From Geosiphon pyriformis uo1 (taxonomy: Eukaryota > Fungi > Glomeromycota), in NCBI GenBank assembly GCA_016748015.1, contig JAAOMT010000295.1, positions 1,116,001 through 1,180,000 of the forward strand: a stretch of DNA of 64,000 bases, in the 5' to 3' direction. Under the pieces are notes generated by a model. It saw only the letters and a program-made list of their open reading frames with translations, had not been told where the DNA came from and did not search any database. Of the stretch, positions 1-13,085 are shown piece by piece. The translations under genes were made by a program, and so were the position numbers. Every line of letters starts with the position of its first letter. The first letter of the stretch is position 1.

Positions 1-14
1 CTGCCATTTTTTAG

Positions 15-273
15 AATTATGAGCAATTAAAGAAATCTAGAGCTGAGCGAAATAGAAACCGTGAGCTCAACGATAGATCTTATAAATTAAACGATGGGAA
101 TATATTAGAAAGCAATTCACCTTTTTTTTTGTTCGAAGCCCGATTTGAGGATTTCCTCCTTGTTCCACGAATACAGCCAAATTGATGTGTGGGAAAATCA
201 TCTTTTTTGTGTAGAGATTGAAGAGGGTACGGCAGATTTGAGAAGAGAGAAGCTTCATTTCGTGGATGATTGA
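15..273 (+). other. Possible terminal exon(s) of a host gene entering from the left edge
   Basis: CpG-retaining, higher-GC stretch. TTTTAG acceptor-like site at 14, then open frames NYEQLKKSRAERNRN... (15-185) and KAIHLFFCSKPDLR...EKLHFVDD* (109-273). No recognisable motif; exon structure unresolved. Confidence 0.25.
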
Positions 274-3200
274 TACATATTTAGCAAATTTACAGTTTTT
301 GTTCGAAACAATGCGTAAATGCTATTTTTGTTTAACCCTTGATGTCAAACAAAATCTTATTTATTCCTGCCCGTCGGCCGATATGAAGTTTATTTAGAGG
401 ATAAATGTTTTTGTTGAAAGCATATCCTGTGCGTTTAGAAAAAATAAAAAGTTAATGATCCTAACGTACAAAGCCGTCTTGCTAAAGAATTTATTGTAAA
501 GTATATACGTCAATTTTTAGACTGGTCAGCATATAGTCCAAATCTACGATTTATAAGGAATAATCCAGAGAAATGTAGAAAAAAGAATCCCTAAAAATTG
601 TAGAGATTTGACAGTTTATGGTGAAAAAGTGAAATAAAACAGATGTGTTAAACAATTCAATTAAATCAAATCAATAAAACATGGATGTACAGTAGTTATA
701 AATATATAAAACTTGAACTATCAAATAGTACGAATTATATTAAATGCTATAACCATTGTAGAGTAATTATTAATTATATAAATGCAAATTTTTTTTGCAA
801 CAGACTGACATTTAAAAATTAACATGAATTAATTTTTTCAAAAATATTATATTTTTATTTTTATTTTTATTTTTAATTACTGCTTTTTAAAACTTTTACA
901 AAAACCAAATTTATGTTATTAATCAACTTATTTTTTTCATATTTTTTACACTACTATTTTTGTTTAATTTATACTATTTCTTGTTTTTATATTTAAAAGC
1001 TTGCTAAATTAATTAAATACATTATAATATTTAGTATTTTATAATGTTAAATATTTATTTATTTATTAACAAATCATAAATTTTTTTTTATAAATTTCCA
1101 AAATCATATATATTTAAAAAATAATTTTTTTTTGTTTTTATACTAATTAGAGTTTTTAAACAAACAAATAAATAATCAACTTAAACATATTTTTAATTTG
1201 AAATTTTAGCAAAATAAACTTAGCTTTAATATTTATGACAAGATTTACTTGAGTTAACAAAAAAAAAAGTAACAAAATTTATTAAAAAATTAATTTTGAC
1301 AACAACATATTAATCAAGTTCTAAAGCTTAAACTTAAATAAACCAATAGAAAAAATAATATTAAAACACATTAAAGAAACAATAACTTTAACATAAAACA
1401 CAAATTTAGTAAATTAATTAATAAGAGCTTTAAATAAAACAAAAACTTAAAAAATTGCTTAGAAATAACAAAAGCTATATGATATAATTTTTAATATTTA
1501 TAACAATACTAATATTCAGAAGTTTTTTATTTGATAAAATTTTTGTTTAAATTACAAGTTTTAATAACTGCTTTATTAAGAACTTTTTTGAACTTAAAAG
1601 TAATAATAATAATTAATATGAAAAAACTAAAAAATAAAACAGGTTTGACTACCAATTTGAGAAACTAAAATTCACAATTTTAAAGATTGTACAGCTAAAA
1701 AAAATATTAAATCATAAAAAGCAATAGCTTTTTTTTAATTAACAAAAAAATAAATTGTATTATTATTCTTTATTATTAAAACAAATTTAAAAGTAAAAGC
1801 AATTTTAAAAAACTTAAAATAAACAATAGGATATCGTTACAAGTCAAAAAACTTCAATTTAATACTTAAAATTTTACCAAAAACATTTAAAACATTTTTG
1901 ATTTTGTCAATAAAAATGTTTTAAAAAATATTATATAAAATTACAATAGTAAAAGCAAAAACAAATACAAATACAAAAACAAAAACAAATACCACAAAAA
2001 ATTTTGCAATCTTAAAAAGAAATAACGAAAAAAGAATTAAAAAGTTTTATTTAAACAATTATATTTAAAAAAAAAACTTCAAATACAAACTTTATATAAA
2101 AAACTTAATATTGTTTTTTTGTAATAATCTTTAAATTAAAAAAATTATACACAAAATTGAAAAACAAATTTATAAATTATTTTAATTTTAACAATTTTAT
2201 TAAGTACTAAAACAGAAATTATTTACTTTAATAATTTTTAACAATTTGTAATTGTATTTTTAGCTATTATTAAAAACAATATTTTTAAAAAACAAGAAAA
2301 ATTGTGTTTTAATATTTATTAAATTAGTTTAATTTTTAAAATTAATTAATTAAATTTATATGTAAAATATAAATTGTTTTGTTTTTAAAAATGGTAAAAA
2401 ATTAACTAAAATTTAATATATATTAAACAATTTAATCATGTATTAATTAAAACCAGTTTTAGTAAATATATTGCTGTTTTATTTTTTATAAGAATAAAAA
2501 CAGACTTTAAAGTAAAAATAGTACTTTAAAAAAAACACTAAAAAGAATAATTTCTTTTGATATTATAAAAAAAAATTGATTATTTTAAACAAAAAAGTAA
2601 TAATTTTTTTTTATTCGGTTTAACGAGTGTGGCCCAAGTAATAATTTAAACAAAGAAAAAAAGATTACAAAAAAGAAAATTAATTTTATTATTAATTATA
2701 ATTAATTTAATACTTGTTTTTTAATTAAAATAAATCTTGATTTAATATTTTTTAATTTTAAATTAAAAATATTTAATTAGTTAATAACACAAAGTTTAAA
2801 AAAATTTTTACAAATTTTAAAGAATTAATAAAAAGATCAAAACCAAGAATTATAAAAAAAATAATTATATATATTCAAATAAATTAATAAAAAAATATAG
2901 AATTAAATATTATATTAAATATAATTACAATGTATTTTAAAGTTCTAAAAAAAAACATGTTTTTACTAAGATACATAAAATAATATTTTTGTTAAAATTA
3001 TATTTAAACATATATTATTAAATAAAAAATATAGTTTTTACTAATAATTAATTTGTAATTAAAATATGTAAATCAAAACTAAAGTTAAAAATTTCAAAAT
3101 ATTAAAAATTTTATTGATTAAAAAAAAAACATTATTAAATTTTTAATATAAAAATTTTAAAGTAATATGAATTAAAATCAAATTATTTAAAAAAATTAAG

Positions 3201-3285
3201 TATAAATTATAAAAATTATTTTTTTTATTAAATTATTTTGTTATTCAAATCAATTATTTTTGGACTTTATTAAATAATTATAACA

Positions 3286-3286
<1 letters not shown>

Positions 3287-3316
<30 letters not shown>
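3287..3316. repeat. (TAT)n microsatellite
   Basis: Directly visible tandem run. Confidence 0.9.
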
Positions 3317-3318
<2 letters not shown>

Positions 3319-4114
3319 CAATAAACAAATAAAAAAAAATATTGTATTTTTAAATCAAACTTTTTTTATTTTAATTTATTTGATCACAATTATGAAAATA
3401 AAACATAAATAATAATTATTGTAACAAAAAAAATTTTTTTATTTTAATATTTTATAATTTATTAAAACACCAATTTTATTTATTAAAAAAATTAATATAA
3501 TTATTATTTTTTATTTCTAATTTTTAATTTTTCAGATCAATTGAAAATTTTCAAATTTATACCAAAAATGGATATATATATATATATATATACCTGATAG
3601 TATTAAAATAAAATTACAAAGAGTTAAAATTAATTTTGCATAAAATAGGAATTCAATGATATATTATTTCGTAATAAAATATTATTATAATTTTTAAATT
3701 TTAATCATTTTTGTTTCTTTATTATGAATATCTTTGATTTTTAATGGTAAAAAAAATTGTAAAATACAATTAATGAAACATTAAAAATTAGTTAAATAAA
3801 GAGATTTATTTTTTATCATGTGAAATAGTTAATGTAAACTTGAATAATTCTGTTTTGAATCATATTAATTAATATATATATTTTTCGTACTTTTCGTGAT
3901 TATTAAATTTATAATTACTCATTTATTGAAAATAATTATATTTTAATAAAATTCTTGATATTTTTTTTTCAAAGTGACAATTATATTTTACCAAAAAATT
4001 ATTTTTGTGAACTCGTTTTACTTATTTTTAAAATTCAAATTAATGAAAAGATCTTAAACTATGAAAATATGAAATTTAATTAATTTGATATAATAAAATT
4101 CAATTTTTTCTTAA

Positions 4115-4147
<33 letters not shown>
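4115..4147. repeat. (AAT)n microsatellite
   Basis: Directly visible tandem run. Confidence 0.9.
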
Positions 4148-4909
4148 TAAATGTCAGTATAGTTTAGAAGTGAAGATATCAAATTTAAAATGACTAATAA
4201 AGAAAGAAAATATCTTATTGAATTAGTTAAAGTTTGTTAAAAAGAAAATTAATAGTTGTAAAAAAAAAAAAAAAAAAAAAAAAGTTTAGGATATAATTCA
4301 AAGAAACCCATTTTTCTTTCATTTTTCTTATTCTAAATATTCATATCTTTACTTTTTCAGTACTATGTACATATGATTGAATTTAATGAAACCGCTATAG
4401 TTCACCTCTAAATATCCGATGAGGAAAAAGAATCTGTCAAATAATTAAATAATTAATTAGTTAATTGATTAATTTAATTACGGTTAATGGTTAGCATTCT
4501 TAATAAATCGAACAATGGTAAATCTAACAAACACTTGAAACTTCTCCGATAATTACCGTTTCGAACAATAGGGATTAACATAATTTCAGAAATGGAATCT
4601 GCAAGAAAACGATACAATGTTTGAGAAACATGCACAGTGTGGCATCAAAATTCCCCCAAAAAAAATTTTTTTTTTGTTACTGTATCATTGTAAGAAGAAA
4701 TAACGGGAGCAATCGACAATAAAGATTTTATATTCTTTCTTTGTTCTAGGATCGATATCTAAAAGGAATATATAAAGAACTACCAAGAAAGTTTAAATTA
4801 TGCGAAAATCTATTTTAAAATTTATACCATTAACAAAAAGAAGTATTAAAAATGGGTTTCCTAGTTAAAAAAGTTTTTATAAAGTTAAAAAATTGGGGTA
4901 TCTTTAAGT

Positions 4910-4943
<34 letters not shown>
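4910..4943. repeat. (CAT)n microsatellite
   Basis: Directly visible tandem run. Confidence 0.9.
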
Positions 4944-5908
4944 ACAAGTATTTCTTAGCCTCTTTAAAATGTTGTGTAAAAATTTAATGCAAAGACTTAT
5001 TTTAAAGTTTCAGCTTTTAATGAAATAAATTGAGATTTTTTTAAGATAGAATTTAATGTTTAGACACTTTTTTATTTCGGCAAATGCCATGATGTTATAT
5101 TTTTACTCGAATGATTGGGAATCCCTAGGCATTCCTCGTCTTTGAGGATTGTCATTACAGATAATTGCATGTGATTGTACCATTGGACTAACCTATAATA
5201 CCATTAATTATTTTAAAAAAGAATATAGTAAACATTAAAAGAATTTTTTTAATCTTTTTTCACATTTTCAATAATCTTTATCATGTGATTAATAATTACA
5301 CGCACGTATAAAGTATTTAATTATCATTGACGAGTAATGGGTGCTATTAAAAAAAAATATTATTATGTATTAATATATATACTGAATAATTTAATTAAAA
5401 ATTTTTTCAGATCGCAAATTTTTATAATTACTTTTTTTTTAAAATAAATAAATAAATATATATATATATATTTATATATACTAAAGATTCTATGAAACGT
5501 AATGCGGTTTTGAAAAATTGTTTAAAAGATGAATAAGAATTCATTTTTTTAGAGATTCGTTTTATTAATAAAATAAGTTTTAAAAATTAAATCCCTTTGA
5601 TCAATTTAATTGAGTCACAACAATTGTAAATATTAATATTTTTAAATATTATTCCCCTTCAATATATCTATCACAAGTATCGCACCATGAGAACAATCAT
5701 GAAAGAAAAGGTAATTATCTTAGGAAAACTATAAATAAATAACATTATCAACTATTGTGAACTTTTCTCCGCTATTTAATTTATTGTTTCCAGTTTAAAA
5801 TAATCAAAAGTGGTGAATCGTTCCTTCATCAATTTAAATATATAAAGATACTACTGAAAGAGCGCACAGTAGATTTCAATGAATATATAATGGCAAAAGG
5901 AATTTTAG

Positions 5909-5910
<2 letters not shown>

Positions 5911-5944
<34 letters not shown>
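5911..5944. repeat. (TA)n microsatellite
   Basis: Directly visible tandem run. Confidence 0.9.
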
Positions 5945-5946
<2 letters not shown>

Positions 5947-6937
5947 TTTATTCCTAAATATCTAGGTTAGCCGATATTAATTGATAAACTTTATATCATT
6001 TTATAATTAAATTCCGATCATATAATATCATATTATCAATCAATCAATCAAAAACATTTCCTTTGCTGAATTTATTGAATGAATAGGGTTAATTGTCAGA
6101 TGTTATACTCTCGTCTCACACAACTCATATAAATACTACGTTTTCTATAGATTCTTTCTTTAGAAAAAATTAAACCCCAATTCTGTTTATTATAGTGACA
6201 AACCCAATTGAAGTTGTAAGGTCTTGACAAAAATTGAACAATTAATTTATTTGAATATATATATATATTCAAAAAGAACAAAGAGAATAATATTCTCAAT
6301 TTGGAATTTTACTTTCTATGTGATTAATAATGATAATATATCGAAAAGTATTATAGATTGTTGTTTATGGATTTCGAAAAGTTCTTTTAAAAAGTTCAAG
6401 AATAAAAAGAAAATTTCAAATTCATTTTTATAACAACTTTTACGAATAATACATATTCATTTATATTCATTAGCTATACATTTACACATAATTACATAAT
6501 AGAGATTATAGAAAACTTTAAAATCTGATATAAAAATTCTGGTCCAATAAATTTATTAAGAAATGGTGTAATATATGTATGAGGAATACTCATTTTTCTT
6601 TTTTAATTTTAACCATTTTAATTAAACCATTTCCAAGAACCCTGCATTAAATCCATTCCATTCTATACCTTTACAAAGACTAAAAAAGAAGTGACTCTTT
6701 GAAAAATTATCTAATTAAAAAATTAATTTTCATTTGACACGTAAAATTTTTGAAAAAATATATAAAGTACAAAAAAACTCTTTGTTTCGAAAAGTTTTTT
6801 TCTTTTTTTTTTTTTTTTCTTTTAAATGATCATCGATCAAAATTTCCTATGGTCATGAAAAGAATCAAAATTTTGGGAATCTACTTACAAAAGATTTTTG
6901 ATCTGAAAATACGAATCATTACCATTCAGGAATAATG

Positions 6938-6972
<35 letters not shown>

Positions 6973-7012
6973 TTGTGTGTGTATGTTTGTGTGTATGTTT
7001 GTGTGTGTGTGT
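6938..7012. repeat. Compound (TA)n(TG)n microsatellite
   Basis: Directly visible tandem run. Confidence 0.9.
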
Positions 7013-8811
7013 GGCTAGCCCCTTAAAACCAATCAAGAAACTAGTATTTAACATGAATAAACCATGAAAATTATTAAAAAAAAAATTGATGACAATTTTA
7101 TCTCCCTTTGTTTCCTAGAGAAAAATATTTAAGATAACTCCTGAATCTTAAACTCGGAAAAAAAAACACAAAAAAACAAAAAAAAAACAATAACCATCAT
7201 TTTTCGCCATTAAAAAATATTAAAAAATTAATTTAGCAACATATTTGACTTTTCGATTTTTCAAAAATGAATAAAAGAATAAACATCAGGTGGTCACAAG
7301 ATGGTTGATAAGGGAGGTAAAAATTCAAATATATCCATAAAAAGTATCGAAATTTCTCAAGAAAATAAAAAGATTAGAGAAAATATAAATATACAAAATA
7401 CCAATATTTCAACAAGATACGAAAGAAAAATATATACAAGTTTAAATAAAAAAATATTAATCAATATAATCATAAATATATACAGATAATAAAGTATGAA
7501 ACCTGTTTATTTTTTTTTTTGAATTGGCAAGAATAACTTTCGTGAAAAAATTAATGATAAACGAGCTTTGAAGTTGTAGTTGTAGTTGTAGTTGTTGTTG
7601 TTATTTCAAATCTTTTTAATTCTGAATTATAAAACTCTATTTTTAGCATCATTCTGACATTTCTAAAATGAAAGAACGTGGCATCAAGTCATTCGATAAA
7701 AGGTTTTTATCATTATTTGGATGATGATGAGATTTGGAATTTTTTTTGATGTGAAATGCCTCGTGTATAGATGATTTTCAGGAAAAAAGTTTTCTTTCTT
7801 TCTTTCTTTCAATGATCCCATCAAACATATCATCGTTTTTTTTTATTGGGTTACAACAAACCCTATGATTGGATGATGATCAAAAAAATAAGAATTTCAA
7901 ATTGCTAAACATTTTTTAAAATATTGAACTAGCCAATTACTCCTTATCTATACTCCAAACTATTCCATAATTCCGTGGTTTTTACTATATTTGTTCAAGA
8001 GGTGACCTTTTAATTTGGAAATTGATCTGAAAGTTTACATATTCTACAAGCAAGTATCACCTGAACATCGTCATGAAAGACATTAATCCTTACAAAAACC
8101 CACTTTAATTTCATCCCGAAAATTGTTAAAAATCATCATCAAAATTTGTGATTTTCCAAATTTCAAATTATTTCCCGGGATTTTTGTTGATAGATATTCT
8201 TTTTGAAAATAATAGCAATGATTGATTGAAAGAACGTTTTGGGGACTACATCAATTCTGATCCTTATTTATTTATTTATAAATATTTCCTGATTCAAGGA
8301 ATCCTATATCAATATGTGATTGGGGAGTAGGAGGAAGAGAAGAGAAGAGAAGAGGAAGGGAGGAGAGGGGAGGTAGTCGATAATTGACACATACAATGAA
8401 GGCCTGATCTCAAACAAAGTTGAATAAAAACCTGAATTTTTTTAAAAGTTTTAATCAAAGAAATCTTTCAAAGAGAAAGAATTTGACGATATTTTCCCTT
8501 TTATGTGAAACATTAAAAAATTTACCCATTTAATTTTAACCTTTATATTAAATGCAAAAAAAGTTTGATAACGTGAATAAAAATAAGTTCAAAAAATTTT
8601 GAATTGATCAATTGATTCATGTATATCTTGTTCTATGAGGATGTACGAGTAGAACGAATAAAACTTTAAAACCTTTGTATTCAAAGAAAAATTTCACAGT
8701 TCATATAATAAATTATCTGAAAAATTCACCCTTTATTCTCATACCAGCTAATATTTATTTTCATTTTATCCGTTTAATGATTTCTTTCATTTTTAAATAT
8801 TTACCCCTTAT

Positions 8812-8849
8812 CCTTACCTAACCCTACCTAACCCTACCTAACCCTACCT
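8812..8849. repeat. (ACCCTACCTA)n decamer repeat, ~3.5 copies
   Basis: tccttaccta accctaccta accctaccta accctacctg. Confidence 0.85.
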
Positions 8850-8874
8850 GACCTGATTATCAAGGTAAATATGG

Positions 8875-8929
<55 letters not shown>

Positions 8930-9400
8930 AAAAAAAATAAATAAAAAATTAATATTTTATCAATAACTATAATCAAAAACTATTGGTTTAGTATAATTAA
9001 GTATTAAATTTTATCAACATAAAGTATTAATAATATAAAATAGATTAATATTTTTTTAATTAAATAATGATAACATAGATTGAATGATAATAGATAATTT
9101 TATTAATATTAATATAATTCTATTTTAAGTCATAAAAAACTATTTTTTGAAGAGAAAAGTATTGTTGTTCTGATTCTATTGAATACTTTTTTGCTTTTAA
9201 CACTTTTACTATATATATATAATTTATGTTATATGAGATTTCTTAAAAACCTTTAATTTTTTTAAAAGAAATTTTAAAATTTTAAAATTTTAAAATTTTG
9301 TAATTTCTTAAAAAAAATGCTAAAATTCTTCTTTTTATTATGCCTATTTCTGATTGGTTATTTTATCTATTATTATAATTTTTTATTTCTATAAATAATA
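8875..9400 (-). mobile_element. Truncated Gypsy LTR 'X' (U3 array type I, strongly decayed)
   Basis: 8960-9030 matches the LTR core (tcaataactataatcaaaaactattggtttagtataattaagtatt). TATA at ~9210, decayed GGAATCCT-type array 9234-9330, end ctataaataata (= ctatgagtaaca) at 9400. The poly-A at 8875-8937 occupies the position of the LTR's A-rich tract; the rest of the LTR is missing. Confidence 0.8.
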
Positions 9401-9976
9401 CCAGTTTTGAATAATTAATTAATAATATAAGTTTTTCTATTAGTCTTTTCCAATAAAGCAGCTAAATTATAAGCCATTGTTTTTACAAGAAAGATAAACA
9501 AAAGTGTCTTAAAACAATTTCTAAACATCTAAATATTGTAATTTTTTATAGTTTTTATCATATACACTAAATTTTTTTTAATTAAAAATATCATCTAGTT
9601 ACCAATTAGTCTGTCTAAACCAATTTGACAAAATTTATTACAGTTTTCTGTCATAGTCTAATTAATTGTAATCAAATTAATACAATTTGACCAAACTTAG
9701 TTATTATAATAATAATTATTTCTTTTGGTATATTTATAAAAATTTTTTAATTACCATAGTTTAATATAAACAGAATCTTTGTTTTTTAAGATTATTGTTT
9801 ACAATAATGCTCTTTTTTCTGACCAATAATACAGCCTTTTTTATGCTTATTTTTAATATAAATATTGATTTAATAATCTTTTTAAATTTTAAGAAAGTAA
9901 TAATCTTTTTTGAAATTATTTATTTTTGAAAAAATTTTCTTAATAATCTGTACTTTTGCCATTGCTGTTTTGTCTT
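9401..9976 (-). pseudogene. LINE-a ORF1 relic, piece 3
   Basis: Minus strand reads KTAMAKVQII..KINNF..IIVNNNLKKQ..LQLIRL*QKTVINF..TLLFIFLVKTMAYNL, collinear with ORF1 of the LINE at 50880-52667. Confidence 0.8.
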
Positions 9977-10965
9977 TGTTATAAGTAATTAGTTGGGTAT
10001 AAAAACAAATAACAAACCTATAACTTGGTGCTCAATAGCTTATATGGTGTTGGTAATATCTGAAAATTTTAGAGTCTAAAAGTTTTGATTGAGTTTTTTG
10101 TATAATGAACAGAGATTTAATATTAATATTCTTTGGTAATATTTTTAGTTCTCTCCCTTAACTTGTAAGTTGGTATATGTTTATTGTCTATAGCTTTCCA
10201 AAATATCTATTTTGTTAATTTTTTTCTTAGCTTAATAGTCAGTTCTTTAGTAAGCTATTTCTCAATTCTAAGTGTCTACTTTATTCCTGGGTCTTTTACC
10301 AGTCCTTTTTCTGATGTTAGTACTTTGCATTTTAATCTCTTTAATCATGTAGTAAATCAATGAAACAAACATAAAAGAAAATAAAAAAAATAAAGAAGAA
10401 AATAAAAGAAAAGAAGAAATTAGTATTCCATTAATAACCATAATCAAGAGCAATTGTTTTAGTGTGGTTAAGTATTAAATTCTATCAATATTGGGTGTTA
10501 ATAGAGTAAAGATGATTAATATTTTCTAATCAAACAATGATAACATAGATTCAAGTGGTAATTAATAATTTATTGATATATAATGTGGATTTAAAACTTT
10601 TTTTAACTGTTTTCTTAATTGAAAATTCTAACTGTATATTCTAGCTGTAAACTCTGTCTTTTTTGTTTTTAATACTTTCACTATATATACATAATTGATG
10701 TTCTATGAGATCTCACACATTCATAAACAATGTGCTATAATTTTTCAAGCAATGTTCACATTGTTAAGTAATATGCTCTAATCTACTAATATTGCTTATA
10801 TTGCTGAGCAATATGCCATAATTCACTGATATTGCTCATATTGTTAAGCAATATGCTATAATTTATTAGCAATGTGCTCATGTACTCAGTACTATTCTCT
10901 TATTGGTTTATTTTTTCTATTTGCTTTTCCTATTATTTTTTTTGTACTCTTTTCTATAAGTAATA
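9977..10965 (-). repeat. Element A 3' LTR (U3 array type II)
   Basis: TGTTA...GTAATA termini, adjacent polypurine tract 10966-10981, 40-bp tandem units at ~10715-10880. Confidence 0.9.
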
Positions 10966-10979
10966 TTATCTTCTTTTTT

Positions 10980-11613
10980 TTAATATTAAGCTTTGTCAAA
11001 ATCTTTATTTTGGATTAATTCTGTTACTTTTTTTTCTAACATTATTTGTTCAACTCTGGTTCTTATGTCTTTTATTTGTGAGTTGTTTATTTTTCCTATT
11101 GGTTAATAGTTATTGTTTTCATTTCTGAGTGTAGTAGTATTTTTGGATAATTTTAAAATATGGTGTATAGTCAATAGATTGTTCTAATATAAAGTGATTT
11201 ATTTGTCTTCTTTTTAATAAAATTTTCAATTTGTTGTATTATTTCTTGATTAAATATTCTTTTGGATTTGTTGGTATATAGTTTTTGAATATTTAACTTT
11301 TGTCCCAATTGATAATAATAGTATAGTATTGGAAATTGTTTTGTTCAATGTTTTCAATTTTTTTTGTTAGCTTATCTGTTAGAACAATTATGGGTATTGT
11401 TCTGAAAGTATTTTTCACTTTTTCTATTATTTTATCTGACCAATGTTTTATTGAGTTTATTAATTACTGATATGGTGTATTTCCTGCTTTTTTTTTGGCA
11501 TTCTAATAACAGATTGTTTGGTAATTAATAATAATTTTTATATCCAATTGTTGTTAATTTACAGCTTGAAATAATTGTTAAGCCATTAAGTAGATGTAAT
11601 ATGGAATTTTTAT
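10980..11613 (-). pseudogene. Element A ORF3 (unknown function)
   Basis: Decayed homolog of D ORF3: YYYQLGQKLNIQKLY...NYPKILLHSEMKTITINQ...DFDKA*Y*. Confidence 0.8.
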
Positions 11614-11669
11614 TTTTCTGTTGTTGCTTTTGTCACATATATTATGTTTTTTTATATTATTTTGGTCAA

Positions 11670-13052
11670 TCACTTTAACATGTTTGTGTCAATAATTATA
11701 ATTGTTTTCAGATCTTGTAGGATCTCATTAGATTAGACTAGTATTTATTGTATTCCCAGTTGTAAAATATTACTGGTCAATAATAATAATATATTGTGAT
11801 ATGGTTTCAGTTAATATATATATATTGCTTTAGTTAAAATTTTGTTGTCTTATCTTAGTTTATAAGCTCTATTTTCCAGAATTTCTTCAATGTAAAATAG
11901 TCTATCCTATTTGGAGTCAAATTTTCCACTTTATTGTTTTTTTACTTTGGTACAATATAAGAATACTTTGTCTCCAATTTTGAATTCAACTGGTTTATCT
12001 GATAATTAATTATCATGTTATTTTTTTTGTTTTTCTTGTGACTTTTGAATATTATTAGCTGCTTTTTGTCTTTTGTTTTCTAGAATTTCAATTAGTTTAT
12101 ATGTTTTTTTTAACAATGTTTTTTGTAAATTGGCTTTTGTTATTAGTTCTATTGGATATGTGTTAATGTCTATTTCAACTGGTAATATTGCTGTTCTATT
12201 ATAAACAAGTTCAAATGATATTGTTTGTATGGTATTTTGCTTTATTGTTTAATAAACAAATAGTACTGATAGTATAAACAAGTCCTATTAATCCTGGTTT
12301 TTTTGGCTGATTTTTGTTATTGCTTTACACAATATTTTGTTGAATTTTTTAACTAAGCCATTTGTTTATGGATAATATAATAATAATAATAGTTTCTTAA
12401 TTCCAAATTTTTGACTTAATTCTGTTAATGTTCTGTTTACAAAGTGAATTTCTTAATCTAATAATAATTTTTTTGAACATTTGTGTCAACAAATCAAATT
12501 TTGGTAAACAAATTTGGCTATAGATTCTGTATCTGCTTTTTGAATTGCTTTTACTTCTGGCCATTTAATGAGATAATTCATAGTTACTGCTATATAATAA
12601 TTGTCTTTGTTGATTATTGTTAATAGTTTAACTAAGTCAATTTTAATTCAATCAAATAGTTATCCTACTCTAATTGGTTTTAGTGGTTCATTGGCTCTTG
12701 TTCCTCTACTTTTCTAACAAACATTACAATTTTGAATGTATTGGATAATATTTGGATATATTAATAATTAATAATATATTTTTTTGGTTTTTTTCATGGT
12801 TGTTTCTTTATGAAAATGTCCTGTAGTTGGATTTGAGTGTATATTGTATAGTATTGTTTTTTTCTCTGATTCTGTAATTACTCTGAATGGTTGATCTGAA
12901 TTTTTTCTGTTTTTTTAATATAGTATATTTTGGTAAGTGATAAAATATTTTAATTGTTGTTTTATATTGTTTTGCTTCTTTTGAGATAATTTTTTTTTGA
13001 ACTGTTAGATATTAATATAATATTGAAGTTGTTGATATTTTTGTGTATTCAT
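11670..13052 (-). pseudogene. Element A integrase (separate ORF)
   Basis: ATG at 13052 (MNTQKYQQLQ); HHCC zinc motif and decayed DDE core; many transition-derived stops. Confidence 0.85.
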
Positions 13053-13085
13053 CTTTTGTTATATTTTTGGGTTGAAATGTTTTTT

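Noticed and set aside
67-258. 63-aa minus-strand ORF
   Set aside because: No motif; plus-strand frames look at least as plausible, so strand cannot be decided
3530-3800. Possible MITE-like segment
   Set aside because: Could not find terminal inverted repeats or a TSD
6096-7660. Short ORFs in the intergenic region, including a Thr-run mini-ORF at ~7550-7652
   Set aside because: Low-complexity, microsatellite-derived, no motifs
10715-10880. Palindromic 40-bp repeats as a CRISPR-like array
   Set aside because: No unique spacers, no cas genes, eukaryotic LTR U3 context
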